Shown here: positions 49,880 to 61,048 of the stretch, one piece after another
Layout of the letters: each line of letters begins with the position of its first letter
How positions within the stretch are numbered: position 1 is the first letter of the stretch
Assembly (NCBI GenBank): GCA_905200615.1
Contig: CAJKLB010000009.1
Span: forward strand, 2,143-66,142
From: an uncultured Selenomonadales bacterium
Lineage (GTDB): Bacteria; Bacillota; Clostridia; Christensenellales; QALW01
Direction: 5' to 3'
DNA length: 64,000 bases
Notes under the pieces: generated by a model
Told to the model about the DNA's origin: nothing
Databases searched by the model: none
The model's input: the letters and a program-made list of their open reading frames with translations, nothing else
Made by a program: the position numbers and the translations under genes

Positions 49880-50962
49880 ATGAGGGAAAATATGAGAATT
49901 GTAATCGGAATGTCCGGCGGCGTCGATTCCTCCGTTGCGGCATACCTTTTAAAACAGCAGGGATATGACTGCGTAGGAATCTTTATGAAAAATTGGGAAG
50001 AAGAACAAAATGAGCAGTGCACGGCTCAGCAAGATTATGACGATGTACGATCGGTATGTGACAAAATAGGCATCCCTTATTATTCAATTAATTTTTCAAA
50101 AGAATACTGGGATAGAGTGTTCCGTATTTTCCTTGATGAATATGCCGCGGGGAGAACACCGAATCCTGATATTTTATGCAACAAAGAAATAAAATTTAAT
50201 TGCTTTTTAAATTTTGCATTGTCGATTAACGCGCAATATATAGCGACCGGCCATTACGCACGACTGGAAGAACGCGACGGCTTAATGACATTGCTGCGCG
50301 CGGCAGACAAAAACAAAGATCAAACCTATTTTTTATATGCGCTGAATCAGCAGCAATTACGTCCGGTAAAATTTCCGATAGGGGATATAAACAAAACGGA
50401 ACTTCGGCAAATAGCCCGGCAGGCAGGTTTAGTTAACTGGAAAAAGAAAGATTCTACCGGAATATGTTTTATCGGTGAACGGCGCTTTCGGGAATTTTTG
50501 TCCGGCTATCTGCCGGCGCATGCCGGGGATATTCTTACACTGGACGGCAAAAAAATCGGGCTTCATAGCGGTGCTATGTATTATACATTGGGACAGCGGC
50601 ATGGCCTTGGCATAGGCGGAAACAAAGACGGCAACGGCGAACCATGGTTTGTTGTAAAAAAGGATATTAAGAACAATATCGTTTATGTGGCGCAAGGAGA
50701 GCATCCTTTACTCTATTCTTCCTCTTCCGTTGCTTCGCAGCTTTCCTTTATTGCCGGCGAGATTCCCGCACGCAGCTTTGACTGTACCGCAAAATTCAGA
50801 TACCGTCAGCCTGATCAGCAGGTTCATGTGGAAATTGATAACGGAAAAATGTTGCTTACACATAAAAACGCGCAGAGAGCGGTAACACCGGGACAATCTG
50901 TAGTGCTGTATGATCAGGATATTTGCTTAGGCGGCGGTATTATTGATGAGACGTATGGCTGA
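49880..50962 (+). CDS. mnmA: tRNA-specific 2-thiouridylase MnmA
   Basis: PP-loop [13 protein letters not shown] and NPDILCN. The start is 49880 or 49892, which cannot be resolved from the sequence. Confidence 0.92.
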   Translation: MRENMRIVIGMSGGVDSSVAAYLLKQQGYDCVGIFMKNWEEEQNEQCTAQQDYDDVRSVCDKIGIPYYSINFSKEYWDRVFRIFLDEYAAGRTPNPDILCNKEIKFNCFLNFALSINAQYIATGHYARLEERDGLMTLLRAADKNKDQTYFLYALNQQQLRPVKFPIGDINKTELRQIARQAGLVNWKKKDSTGICFIGERRFREFLSGYLPAHAGDILTLDGKKIGLHSGAMYYTLGQRHGLGIGGNKDGNGEPWFVVKKDIKNNIVYVAQGEHPLLYSSSSVASQLSFIAGEIPARSFDCTAKFRYRQPDQQVHVEIDNGKMLLTHKNAQRAVTPGQSVVLYDQDICLGGGIIDETYG

Positions 50963-53240
50963 ACGCGGCAATATACTGATACAGTTCCTCTTCGTTCTTG
51001 GGTTCAGTGATTTTCCAATACGGCGGCAGCAAATATTTATAGGTTTTAAATCGCTGATCCATTAATAAAATAAAGCCCGTATCTTCCGCGGTTCTGATGA
51101 GTCTGCCGGAAGCTTGGCAGACTTTATTCATCCCCGGATATACATAAGCATACTCAAATCCTTTATGATAAATTGTTTCAAAATGCGTTCGGATTCTTTC
51201 ACGCTGTAAATTGTATTGCGGAAGTGCTACTCCTACAATAATAATCCCTTTGAGTCCGTGACAATCAATGCCTTCACTGAAATGACTGCCCATTACCGCA
51301 AAAGCAAGATGATTTTTCCCTTGCAGAATTTTTTGCATAAACATTTTTCGATCTTCCGGTGAAGCATCTGCCTCTTGCAAAAATACAGGGATTTTCATCT
51401 GCTCCGCCACAGCTTGCATAAAGCGAAAAGACGGAAAAAACACCATAAGATTTCCCAGTGAAATTTCGCGGCATTTTTCTATTTTTTGCGCAATAACACC
51501 GTAAAACTGTTCCCGCATCGTATAACGGGTATCTATGCTGTAATCGGCAAGGATTAAAAGATGATCCGGATTAAAAGGATACGGTGCCGAAAAGCCAAAC
51601 GCATCATTTTGCGGCAAAATACTGTTTTTATAGAATTCATAGGGGGTAAGTGTGGCGGAATAAAGAATAGACGCACAGCCTTTGTTCAAACTTTCCTGCA
51701 AATAAGGTGCGGGATCCAAACACTGAAGAACTATCTCTTGGCCAGACTGCTGATATAAAGCAAAATGTGTTTCTTTAAAAAAAGTAAAAAGCGTTTGAAA
51801 GCGAAAGGCATCCTTGATAAATAAAACAACATCTCCGGGAATGGATTGCTTTTGCATGAGCTCATTTGCCGTTTCGTTAACGGAAAGAATTCGGAACGCT
51901 ATTTTTTTTACTTCTTCAGGTTCTATCGGCATTTCCGGTTCATTTGTTTTCAGTATTTTATTGAATTCCGTATACAATTTGGTCAGCTGACGATATAGTT
52001 TATTTTCCTTAGGGAGCATTTTTTTTATTTCGAAGAGACGTTTTTTGGAAAGTAAAGAAGAATACATATCCCGTCCGCGCTCAATTAAATTATGTGCTTC
52101 ATCAATTAAAAATACATAGCGGCCGTCTTTTCCTTCAAAATACCGGCGCAAATAGACAATAGGATCAAACAAGTAATTATAGTCCGCGATCACAACCTGT
52201 GCTTCCAGCGAAAGCTCTAAGGATAATTCGTGCGGACAGATTTCATATTTCTCCCCGGCTTCCTTAATTGTTTGGGGAGTAAAATTATCTTTTTTCAATA
52301 TTTGCGGAAAGGCATCGTGTAACTTTTTATAAAAATTCCGGGAATACGGACATGATTCAGGCGAACAATCCTGCTCTTCCATCAAACAGGCCTTATTTTT
52401 TGCCGTAATCATACAACTTTTAATTTTTAAGCCTTTTTTTCGCAGTAAATTTAATGCGTCTTCATTAACCTGCATCGTCTGATTTTTCGCGCTGAGACAA
52501 AAAATCTTTTCGATATCTCCCTGTTCCATATTTTTTACGGCAGGGAAGAGCGCCATCATCGTTTTTCCGCTTCCTGTAGGCGCCTGTAAAAAAAGTTTTC
52601 TGTTCTGTTTAATGGCCGAATAAATCTGTGCTGCGCCTTCATGCTGTCCTTTTCGAAAATTTTCAAAAGGAAACGTAAGATGACGGACACTGCTAAAAAA
52701 ATCATCCATGGCTTTTATTCGCAGATTTAAAATGTTAGAATAATCCGTCACCATTTCATCAAAAAATTTTTGTAAGCTTTCAAAGGAAAAACGATATTCA
52801 AAATCAACAATTTCCTCATTTAAAAGACAAAAATAGCTTAGCCGCGCGCAAATACAAGACAAACTATGTTCTTTTGCATAAATATAGGCATAGATCATCA
52901 TTTGAGCCTTATGCGCGGATTTCAGCGGTGCTTCAATAGAGGCGGCACTGCAATAAGTTGATTTAATTTCGTGAATAAAATAATCCTTTTTATCGAAAAA
53001 GATACCGTCAGCTCTTCCTTGAATTTTCAAAGAAAAATTTTGGCATTTTACAATAAATTCAAGAGGTACTTCTCGCTGATATTTAATGGTTTCTTTTTCA
53101 CAATAAACATTCTGCAGCTTTTTATGGGCGGAAGTTCCCTGAATCATTCTGTCTACCGACGGCATAACACCCAAAGATCCTTCGGGAAAACAATATTCGG
53201 CCAGTTCACCGGCAGATATCTGGATAAAAATATTTTCCAT
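50940..53240 (-). CDS. DinG/XPD-family (Rad3-like) DNA helicase with an N-terminal RecB-type PD-(D/E)xK nuclease domain
   Basis: Nuclease motifs are [15 protein letters not shown] and QMMIYAY. Helicase motifs are APTGSGKT and DEAHNL. Four Cys sit between them ([13 protein letters not shown]...ICPHE). The ATG at 53240 lies 5 nt after GGAGG. Confidence 0.8.
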   Translation of the reverse strand: MENIFIQISAGELAEYCFPEGSLGVMPSVDRMIQGTSAHKKLQNVYCEKETIKYQREVPLEFIVKCQNFSLKIQGRADGIFFDKKDYFIHEIKSTYCSAASIEAPLKSAHKAQMMIYAYIYAKEHSLSCICARLSYFCLLNEEIVDFEYRFSFESLQKFFDEMVTDYSNILNLRIKAMDDFFSSVRHLTFPFENFRKGQHEGAAQIYSAIKQNRKLFLQAPTGSGKTMMALFPAVKNMEQGDIEKIFCLSAKNQTMQVNEDALNLLRKKGLKIKSCMITAKNKACLMEEQDCSPESCPYSRNFYKKLHDAFPQILKKDNFTPQTIKEAGEKYEICPHELSLELSLEAQVVIADYNYLFDPIVYLRRYFEGKDGRYVFLIDEAHNLIERGRDMYSSLLSKKRLFEIKKMLPKENKLYRQLTKLYTEFNKILKTNEPEMPIEPEEVKKIAFRILSVNETANELMQKQSIPGDVVLFIKDAFRFQTLFTFFKETHFALYQQSGQEIVLQCLDPAPYLQESLNKGCASILYSATLTPYEFYKNSILPQNDAFGFSAPYPFNPDHLLILADYSIDTRYTMREQFYGVIAQKIEKCREISLGNLMVFFPSFRFMQAVAEQMKIPVFLQEADASPEDRKMFMQKILQGKNHLAFAVMGSHFSEGIDCHGLKGIIIVGVALPQYNLQRERIRTHFETIYHKGFEYAYVYPGMNKVCQASGRLIRTAEDTGFILLMDQRFKTYKYLLPPYWKITEPKNEEELYQYIAAFSHTSHQ

Positions 53241-53360
53241 AAACACCTCCTTATATAGTATAGCATCTTATAAAATTTAAGTAAATATGATTTATTTATA
53301 CTCATAATTGACTTCTATTCGACAAAATGCTACAATATTTATACTTAGGAGGAAAATCCG

Positions 53361-55115
53361 TTGAAGAAACTTGCTTTTTTTACGCTGTTTATCTATTTAT
53401 GGTGTATGATAATACCGGTTTCCGCTTCTTCTGAATTACTGGAAAACGGCAGCTTTGAAAAAGGTTTGACCGGTTATTTTTACGCGGAAAACGGAGGGCA
53501 GTATCTCTATACTTCAAATGCGGCGGCTTCGGGTAAATATTCCGTATATCTATCCAAGCGGACAAGCCAAGACATTTGTATTCAGTATGATATAAAACAA
53601 ATCTTAAAACAACACGGACCACAATACTATACATTTTCTATTTCTGCAAAACTGAATGAACCGGCATTTGATTATTCAAAATTCTGTGCCGTCATTAAAA
53701 TTGTGACAACCGATCAAGAGTTTTTATATAAAAGTCAGGAAGAAAAAATTGTAAACGAAAAATTTACGTCCTGTAAAAGCAGTACGAACTTATTATGGCA
53801 GGGAGAAATTACAGAGGCTTATTTGTACCTGCAAAATTGTACGAAAAATGAGTATCCCAATATTTTTATTGATGACTTCTCTCTATCTTTTTCTATTGTT
53901 GACGTTCCTTCTTCTACGGATACACCTACTTTTTCATCCATACAGATCGGTGCGATACGAAGAGATATTTGGGAGGATTCCTCCGTAGAGTCTAAGGCCG
54001 CGGCGTCCGCGCTTTGGCCGGAGAGATATCGTATGCTTTTTCCTTTTCATACAGCTTTGGGGGAAGAAATCCATTTCGGCCTTTATCAAGATATCATCGA
54101 TATTGAAATTGATTTTGCCGAATATGCCGGAATTGATTTTTGGGCTTACTATTGGCTTGAAAACGGCGGTGCTTACCGAGCCCATAAAAAAAGCAGCAAA
54201 GCCTCCAGCGTAAAAATGTGTTTTATTTTAGAGCAAACAACTTCATTACAGCAAATAAAAGAGATGGCTGAATATTTTTCTCTGGATTGTTATCTGAAAC
54301 TTTCCCAAAGACCGGTTCTTTTCTTAGACGGCGATACAAATACCTATAATAAACTCGATATGCTTTCTCAGGTGTGCGCTTTGAAGGGAATACAGCTACC
54401 CTATATTATCTTAATGACACCAAGCTATCTGCAAAGCAGTGCAGAAGGAATCGATGCCATTGTCCCGACAGGTGACAGTATAACAGAAAGTGATTGGAAA
54501 GAAGTTTTTTCTTATACAAAAGAACTGATACCAATGGTCTATTGCGGAAAAAATAAAGCGGATTATTGCACAGCGGACGAAATTATCAGCACCTTAAAAA
54601 CCGCTCTTGATTTTTGCAAAAACACCAATCCGGGCTGTATTTTGCTAAATGCATGGAATAGGAATGAAGCAGGCGCATGGCTCGTTCCTACGCTGAGCTT
54701 TAATGCTTCCGGAAACGCGATTATAGAAAACGGAAAGTATCGTTTGGATACTTCACGAATAGAGGCCCTGCATAACTTATTGAATCCAAACGGAGAAACC
54801 GATATTTTACATCACTACAGTGCTTATTCCCTGCAGGAACCGCAGGATAACAGAACGCCCGCTGTTACCGAAAAACCACAGCCTTCCGGCAATGAAGCAG
54901 GGAACAACATAGAAAAAGAAACCGCGGAAAATATTTTAGTTTCTCCTCAAATTACTGCTTCGGAAGAAATTGTTGTTGCTACGCCCGAAGGATTTATGCG
55001 GCCGGTGTGGATTTCTTTGATTGCGGTATTTGTGGTTTTAGTTGCAGTTATTCTATTTGTTTTATGGAAAAGGAAGAAAAATCATGAAAAAGAAAGCGGA
55101 AATCATGGATCGTGA
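53361..55115 (+). CDS. Secreted, C-terminally membrane-anchored protein with an N-terminal carbohydrate-binding-module-like region (hypothetical)
   Basis: TTG start after AGGAGG. Has a signal peptide, [14 protein letters not shown] (CBM4/9-like opening), a Pro/Glu-rich linker, a TM helix [20 protein letters not shown] and a KRKK stop-transfer. Confidence 0.6.
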   Translation: MKKLAFFTLFIYLWCMIIPVSASSELLENGSFEKGLTGYFYAENGGQYLYTSNAAASGKYSVYLSKRTSQDICIQYDIKQILKQHGPQYYTFSISAKLNEPAFDYSKFCAVIKIVTTDQEFLYKSQEEKIVNEKFTSCKSSTNLLWQGEITEAYLYLQNCTKNEYPNIFIDDFSLSFSIVDVPSSTDTPTFSSIQIGAIRRDIWEDSSVESKAAASALWPERYRMLFPFHTALGEEIHFGLYQDIIDIEIDFAEYAGIDFWAYYWLENGGAYRAHKKSSKASSVKMCFILEQTTSLQQIKEMAEYFSLDCYLKLSQRPVLFLDGDTNTYNKLDMLSQVCALKGIQLPYIILMTPSYLQSSAEGIDAIVPTGDSITESDWKEVFSYTKELIPMVYCGKNKADYCTADEIISTLKTALDFCKNTNPGCILLNAWNRNEAGAWLVPTLSFNASGNAIIENGKYRLDTSRIEALHNLLNPNGETDILHHYSAYSLQEPQDNRTPAVTEKPQPSGNEAGNNIEKETAENILVSPQITASEEIVVATPEGFMRPVWISLIAVFVVLVAVILFVLWKRKKNHEKESGNHGS

Positions 55116-55614
55116 GGCAATAAATCGTGCATTAACACGGATTTCTCATGAAATTATAGAAAGAAATAAAGGAATCGATAATTTATTTATTATCGGCATC
55201 AGGCGCAGAGGAGTTTCTCTTGCAAAATGTATTTTGGACAAAATATCCTCTGTAGAGGGAAAAACACCGGAATACGGTGAATTGGACATTACATTTTACA
55301 GGGATGACCTTACGGAAGAAAAATATTCCGGGGTTAGAAAAAAGCCTTCGCTTCAGCCTGACGGTAAACGGATTGTGTTAGTAGATGATGTGATTTTTAC
55401 CGGCAGAACCGTTCGAGCTGCCATTGACTGTCTTATGGATATCGGACGTCCTAAATGTATACAGCTTGCCGTATTAATTGATCGAGGGCACCGAGAACTT
55501 CCGATACGGGCGGATTATGTAGGCAAAAATGTGCCGACCAGTCTGGATGAGGTAATCAAAGTCACTACCGATGAATTTGACGGAACACAGTCTGTTTCTC
55601 TGTACGAAAAATAA
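55084..55614 (+). CDS. pyrR: Bifunctional pyrimidine regulator / uracil phosphoribosyltransferase PyrR
   Basis: [23 protein letters not shown] and PRPP motif [12 protein letters not shown]. The start at 55084 overlaps the upstream gene by 32 nt. Confidence 0.9.
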   Translation: MKKKAEIMDREAINRALTRISHEIIERNKGIDNLFIIGIRRRGVSLAKCILDKISSVEGKTPEYGELDITFYRDDLTEEKYSGVRKKPSLQPDGKRIVLVDDVIFTGRTVRAAIDCLMDIGRPKCIQLAVLIDRGHRELPIRADYVGKNVPTSLDEVIKVTTDEFDGTQSVSLYEK

Positions 55615-55645
55615 AATATTATTCCTTTATCATTTTACTTTACTG

Positions 55646-55675
55646 AAGCACTGCATTTGCAGTGCTTATTTTTAT
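55646..55675 (+). terminator. Intrinsic terminator after pyrR
   Basis: Stem AAGCACTGCA / TGCAGTGCTT followed by ATTTTTATT. Confidence 0.75.
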
Positions 55676-55737
55676 TGCATAAACACTTTCATTAGGGAGA
55701 AAATATTGCATATAAAGTAAAAAAAGGAGAATTTTTT

Positions 55738-57972
55738 ATGCAAGCAATCATATTAGCCGGAGGCAATGGAACTCGTCTCCGACCTCTTACACAGGAATTA
55801 CCGAAACCTATGATCCCCGTACTCAATAAGCCTTTGATGGAATATACCGTAGAATTACTGAAAAAACATAATATTGATGATATTGGTGTAACACTCAAAT
55901 TCTTACCGCAATATATTAAAGATTATTTTACCGACGGAGAAAAATGGGGAACAAGAATCACATATTTTGAGGAAGAGACTCCTCTGGGAACAGCCGGATC
56001 AGTAAAAGCGGCGGAAAATTTCATACAGGATACTTTTATTGTTATAAGCGGTGATGCGCTGACCAATATTGAAATTCCCAAAATTCTCGCGTATCACAAA
56101 AGCATTCATGCTGATGTCACAATTGTACTTTCTAAACAGGAAAATCCGTTGGAATACGGTGTTGTTTTAACGAATACCGACGGACGGATTACTTCGTTTT
56201 GTGAAAAGCCGCAATGGGAAAACGTAATTACAAACACGGTAAATACCGGTATCTATATTATAGAAAAAAAGGTGCTTGAAAAGATTCCTGTCAATACTGT
56301 ATTTGATTTCAGCAACGATCTTTTTCCTCTTCTTTTAAAAGAAAATGCCAACATATACGGCTATATCACAGAGGATTACTGGAGCGATTTAGGTACGCCT
56401 GAGGCCTATCTCCGAGCACAGGAAGAGCTGCTTGACGGCAAAGTTTTCGGTAAAAAAATGAATAGTATTTTTGAAGAAAATGTTTCTTTAGGGGAGGAAG
56501 TAAAAGTAATCGCTCCCGTATATATCGGTAAAAATACCGTAATTACGGGGAAAAGCAATATAGGGCCATACGCAGTAATCGGAAGCGGTTGTATTATTGA
56601 AAATAGCCGTGTGGAAAACGCGGTGCTTTGGAATCAGGCTGTACTTACTGACAGTGACTGTACACATTCGGTAATGGGCATGAAAACAAAAGCGGAAAAA
56701 ACTCTTTTTGGCGGAAACAATATGATCGGTTCCCATGTAATTCTGAATCGAAACACCCAACTGATGACAGGAGCATCCGTTTTCAACAATATAGAAATCC
56801 AGCGCAATTCTATCATTGAAGGAAAATGTACAGCGGGGAAATGCACCGATACTGTGCTTTGGAACAACGGTGTCATTACAGGAATTTGGAATCATGATAT
56901 TGATCACGGCACACTGGCTTCTATCGCTTCTTCGTATTTATCCTCAAAAATGCTTATCTGCAGTAATGAAGATCGTCTTGCAGGTTCTCTGGCAATGCTG
57001 ATGGCTTCTTATTACAGTTTATGCGGTTCCACTGTCTATATATCGGTCTGCAACGTTTCTTCCTGCCGCTACTACGCCGATGTTTATAAAATGAAGGCCG
57101 TTTATATTCAAACATCGGGAGAAAACCTCTCGCTTGAGTTAATCGATGAGAAAGGGCTTACGATTCCTTCTCAGCAAGAGAAGAAAATTGACTTTAAATC
57201 CAACAGCTTCGCTTTGAAACGAGGAAAAATCATACGGTTACATTCGTTGGACGGTGACTTTGAATATTTCCTGAATCATTCCATTCCGTTTTCGCGAAGT
57301 AATGTAGAATTATATGCTAAGGATGCCTATCGTCTGCATAATTTGGTGCATCGAAAAACAACAGAGGTTTCCTTGCCGTTAAATCATCTTTTTCGAGCGG
57401 CCGTAAAAGCATCCAACGGCAGTGTACAAAGTATTTATACGCCGGACGGACGAAGAATCTCTGTAGACGACTTTATGCGCCTTAAAATACGTCTTACGGC
57501 TTTTTTTGGCGGCAAAGAGGTGTTCCTTCCGGCTTATGCTTCAGAAGGACTTCGCACGTTTGCACAAACCAATGGTCTGCGGATACTCAGGCAGCTGCAG
57601 CACAAAGGCAACATGATGCAGCAGCTAAAAAGCTTTAACTGTTTTGCTGCTTTGTTGGAATTTGAACCTTCATTTTTTGCGGAAGCGTTAGCGTATTTTC
57701 TTGATTCAAAGGCGCTGGAGGCCCCCGGAGAAACCATCGTAACCAAAATGGATTTCGAATGTGATCCCGGAGAAAAATGTTCCACAATTTTTGCGCTGAA
57801 CAAAGATAAAAACAGCACCGGCATCCAAGCGGAATATAAGGGTGGTTATATTACAGTAATTCCCGCCAATAACGGATATTCCTTTACTGCTTACGGTCGC
57901 TTTGCCCGTGAGGAGTATGCGGCTGATATTACGGAAGAATTTATAAAAAGCCGTATAAACAGGGATAGATGA
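55738..57972 (+). CDS. Sugar-phosphate nucleotidyltransferase fused to a left-handed beta-helix and a phosphohexomutase-like C-terminal region
   Basis: 744 aa. N-terminus MQAIILAGGNGTRLRPLT...PKPM. The middle has hexapeptide-repeat-like sequence. The C-terminal half resembles a PGM/PMM fold but lacks a clear TASHNP motif (it reads IQTSGEN). Confidence 0.7.
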   Translation: MQAIILAGGNGTRLRPLTQELPKPMIPVLNKPLMEYTVELLKKHNIDDIGVTLKFLPQYIKDYFTDGEKWGTRITYFEEETPLGTAGSVKAAENFIQDTFIVISGDALTNIEIPKILAYHKSIHADVTIVLSKQENPLEYGVVLTNTDGRITSFCEKPQWENVITNTVNTGIYIIEKKVLEKIPVNTVFDFSNDLFPLLLKENANIYGYITEDYWSDLGTPEAYLRAQEELLDGKVFGKKMNSIFEENVSLGEEVKVIAPVYIGKNTVITGKSNIGPYAVIGSGCIIENSRVENAVLWNQAVLTDSDCTHSVMGMKTKAEKTLFGGNNMIGSHVILNRNTQLMTGASVFNNIEIQRNSIIEGKCTAGKCTDTVLWNNGVITGIWNHDIDHGTLASIASSYLSSKMLICSNEDRLAGSLAMLMASYYSLCGSTVYISVCNVSSCRYYADVYKMKAVYIQTSGENLSLELIDEKGLTIPSQQEKKIDFKSNSFALKRGKIIRLHSLDGDFEYFLNHSIPFSRSNVELYAKDAYRLHNLVHRKTTEVSLPLNHLFRAAVKASNGSVQSIYTPDGRRISVDDFMRLKIRLTAFFGGKEVFLPAYASEGLRTFAQTNGLRILRQLQHKGNMMQQLKSFNCFAALLEFEPSFFAEALAYFLDSKALEAPGETIVTKMDFECDPGEKCSTIFALNKDKNSTGIQAEYKGGYITVIPANNGYSFTAYGRFAREEYAADITEEFIKSRINRDR

Positions 57973-58004
57973 CAAGCTTCGATCCTTTGCGTAAATTTAA
58001 TTGC

Positions 58005-58033
58005 TTGCAAATTTTACCTAAATGATGTATAAT
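58005..58033 (+). promoter_or_regulatory. Predicted rnj promoter
   Basis: TTGCAA (58005-58010), 17-nt spacer, TATAAT (58028-58033). Confidence 0.5.
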
Positions 58034-58070
58034 TAAATGAAAATATTATACGCAAACAGGAGGCATATTT

Positions 58071-59741
58071 GTGGCGAAAAGTAAAAATAAACTTCGCGTA
58101 ATACCACTCGGCGGCATTGAAGAAATCGGTAAAAATATGACGGCCATTGAGTACGGTAATGATATAATTGTTGTTGACTGCGGTTCAATGTTTCCCAAAG
58201 AGGATCTCTACGGTATTGATTTGGTCATTCCCGACGTAACCTATTTGGAAAAAAACGCAGATAAACTGCGCGGCTTTGTAATAACACACGGACATGAAGA
58301 TCATATCGGAGCAATTCCTTACGTATTTAAACAGGTGAATGCTCCTATCTATTGTACCAAGCTGACGCAGGCACTGATTGAAAACAAACTGAAAGAAAAT
58401 AAAATGCAGAACCTTGTAAAGATTCATTGCATTCAGGCAAAAGATGTTGTTAAAATCGGCTGTTTTACCATTGAATTTATAAAAACCAATCATTCCATTG
58501 CGGGAGCTGTTGCTCTGGCAATCACAACACCGATAGGCGTTGTGATACATACCGGTGATTTTAAAGTAGATTATACGCCGGTGGACGGCGACGTGATTGA
58601 CCTTGCCGCTTTTGCGCGTTACGGTGAAAAAGGCGTACTGCTGCTGATGTCTGACAGCACCAATGCTGAGCGTGAAGGCTTTACTATGAGTGAAAGCAAG
58701 GTAGGGGAGTGCTTTGAAAAATACTTTGACGAGGGAATCGATAAGCGTATTATTGTTGCCACCTTCGCCAGTAATGTACACAGAATTCAACAAATAATCG
58801 ATCATGCTGAAAAATATAATCGTAAGGTTTGTATTTTAGGCCGAAGCATGGAAAACGTATCGAAAATTGCCGCGGAATTAGGCGAGTTAAACGTCAATCC
58901 CAAAACAATCATAACGCCGGAAAAGGCCGAAAGCATGCCAAAAGAAAAAGTAGTGATTATCACTACCGGCTCTCAAGGAGAACCCATGAGCGGTCTTTCC
59001 CGCTTGGCAACAGGGGATCATACAAAAGTAAAACTCACCAAAGGTGATATGGTGATTGTATCCGCTTCAGCAATCCCGGGCAACGAACGTATGGTTTATC
59101 GCGTAATCAATAATTTATACCGTTTGGGCGTTATTGTAATTTATGAAGCGCTTGATGCGGTGCATGTTTCCGGACATGCCTGCAAAGAAGAACTTAAGCT
59201 TATTTTAAGTCTTACAAAACCAAAATATTTTATGCCGGTGCATGGGGAATACCGTCACTTAATGCAGCATGCATTGCTTGCTGAAAAACTGGGACTTGAC
59301 AACGGAAATATTTTTATGCCGGAAATAGGTCATGTGCTGGAGATTTCCAAAGACGGCGCACGGTTTAACGGAAGCGTTCCCAGCGGTGTTATCATGGTGG
59401 ACGGTCTGGGTATCGGGGACGTTGGCAATGTGGTTCTTCGGGATAGAAGAGTGCTCTCACAGGATGGCCTTGTGGTTGTATGTATCACGCTTTCCAGTAT
59501 TGACGGCGCTCTGCTTACCGAGCCGGATATTATTTCACGCGGTTTTATTTATATGAAAGATAATGAGGAACTCATTAATCATTCCAAACAGATTGTACAA
59601 ACGTTTATTGAGGAATTAAGTAAGGACAAACTGCGTGACTGGCCCTATATCAAAAATGAGATAAGGCATCAGCTGAAAGAATTCCTGTATGCAAAAACAA
59701 AGCGTACACCAATGATTCTGCCGATGATAATTGAGATATGA
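58071..59741 (+). CDS. rnj: Ribonuclease J
   Basis: GTG start after AGGAGG. Metallo-beta-lactamase motif THGHEDHIGA plus beta-CASP and C-terminal domains. 556 aa. Confidence 0.93.
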   Translation: MAKSKNKLRVIPLGGIEEIGKNMTAIEYGNDIIVVDCGSMFPKEDLYGIDLVIPDVTYLEKNADKLRGFVITHGHEDHIGAIPYVFKQVNAPIYCTKLTQALIENKLKENKMQNLVKIHCIQAKDVVKIGCFTIEFIKTNHSIAGAVALAITTPIGVVIHTGDFKVDYTPVDGDVIDLAAFARYGEKGVLLLMSDSTNAEREGFTMSESKVGECFEKYFDEGIDKRIIVATFASNVHRIQQIIDHAEKYNRKVCILGRSMENVSKIAAELGELNVNPKTIITPEKAESMPKEKVVIITTGSQGEPMSGLSRLATGDHTKVKLTKGDMVIVSASAIPGNERMVYRVINNLYRLGVIVIYEALDAVHVSGHACKEELKLILSLTKPKYFMPVHGEYRHLMQHALLAEKLGLDNGNIFMPEIGHVLEISKDGARFNGSVPSGVIMVDGLGIGDVGNVVLRDRRVLSQDGLVVVCITLSSIDGALLTEPDIISRGFIYMKDNEELINHSKQIVQTFIEELSKDKLRDWPYIKNEIRHQLKEFLYAKTKRTPMILPMIIEI

Positions 59742-61048
59742 AATACAGCAGTTTTGATAAAAAGTCTCAAAAAAATGTTGAGCAAAAGAATATAGTGGAT
59801 AAGCATTCCTCAAATCATAAAAAGCCAAAGCGTAAATTTGAAATGCCTTTTAAGAATTTCAGTGAATTTAAACTTTGGCTTAAGAAAATACGCCATAATA
59901 TTCTTATTAAAATAGGCGGTTTGATCGGTACCGGACGAGATACGGAAAAAACTTGGAGAAAAATTAGGCCGGTAACGATTTATTTGATCAGCGGAATTTT
60001 AGTCCTTACTTTTTTTATTACCGCAATTTCGATGACTCTTTCAGCCTTGTTCTCACCGGTAAATAAGCATAATGATGACCCAGTACTTTTTACCATCAAT
60101 AAGGGTGCATCCATGTCTTATGTAGCAAATAAGTTAGAGGAATGCGGATTGGTCAAGACCTCTTGGGGAATTAAGCTTTTAGCCGATTTTACCAGTGTTT
60201 CTTCTAAAATACAAAGCGGCGAGTACATATTGGACAGAACTATGAGCGCGCAAGATATTTTGGATGTTATTACACGACCCACGGCTTCCGCTTCGGTGGT
60301 AAGCGTAACCTTGATTGAAGGCACTACTGTAGAAGATTTTGCGGAAGTATTAGCGGCATCAAATGTAATTGAATCTGCCGAGAGCTTTTTAAATGAATGT
60401 AAAAACGCGCGGAATTATGCGGATTTTTATTTTGTTCCGGAACTTTATGACATGGGAAATCTTAAATATTTATTGGAAGGATATCTGTTTCCTGATACTT
60501 ATGAATTTTATGTGGGTTCTTCCAATCAAACTGTTATCAGCAAACTTCTTTCCCGGCTGAATGAAATCTATACACCAGAGTATACTGAGCGTGCCAATGA
60601 ATTGGGTCTTTCCATGCATCAGGTATTGACCTTAGCTTCTATTGTTGAAAAAGAGGGAAGAGGGGAAGATTTTTACAAAATCTCCGCGGTCTTCCACAAC
60701 CGAATTGCAAAGAATATGCGCTTGGAATCAGATGTTACCGTACAATATGCACTGGGCGTAAAACGTTTGGTACTTACTGCGGAAGAATTAAAAGTGGATT
60801 CTCCTTATAATACGTATCTTGTATCGGGAATTCCTGCCGGTCCGATTTGTAATCCGAGCAAGGAAGCCATTAAGGCCGTATTATATCCCGATGAAGAAAC
60901 CTTAAAGGAAGGCTATTTATATTTTACTCTCACAGATCCTTATACAGGGGAAGTTGCTTATTCCAAAACTTATGAAGAACATGTGGAAATTAAAAACAAA
61001 TATCAATCCGTTTGGGCGGCTTATGATAAAGCGCAGGGTAACGAATGA
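59738..61048 (+). CDS. mltG: Endolytic murein transglycosylase MltG (YceG family) with an extended N-terminus
   Basis: TM anchor IYLISGILVLTFFITAI and catalytic region LEGYLFPDTYEF. ATGA overlap with the rnj stop. Confidence 0.9.
   Translation: MKYSSFDKKSQKNVEQKNIVDKHSSNHKKPKRKFEMPFKNFSEFKLWLKKIRHNILIKIGGLIGTGRDTEKTWRKIRPVTIYLISGILVLTFFITAISMTLSALFSPVNKHNDDPVLFTINKGASMSYVANKLEECGLVKTSWGIKLLADFTSVSSKIQSGEYILDRTMSAQDILDVITRPTASASVVSVTLIEGTTVEDFAEVLAASNVIESAESFLNECKNARNYADFYFVPELYDMGNLKYLLEGYLFPDTYEFYVGSSNQTVISKLLSRLNEIYTPEYTERANELGLSMHQVLTLASIVEKEGRGEDFYKISAVFHNRIAKNMRLESDVTVQYALGVKRLVLTAEELKVDSPYNTYLVSGIPAGPICNPSKEAIKAVLYPDEETLKEGYLYFTLTDPYTGEVAYSKTYEEHVEIKNKYQSVWAAYDKAQGNE

Noticed and set aside
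58185-58805. 206-aa antisense ORF inside rnj, plus similar long antisense ORFs at 16210-16740, 21593-22069, 35748-36275, 36976-37392, 42568-42960 and 11998-12480
   Set aside because: All are embedded opposite or out of frame within strongly conserved genes. They lack an RBS and have skewed, low-complexity composition.
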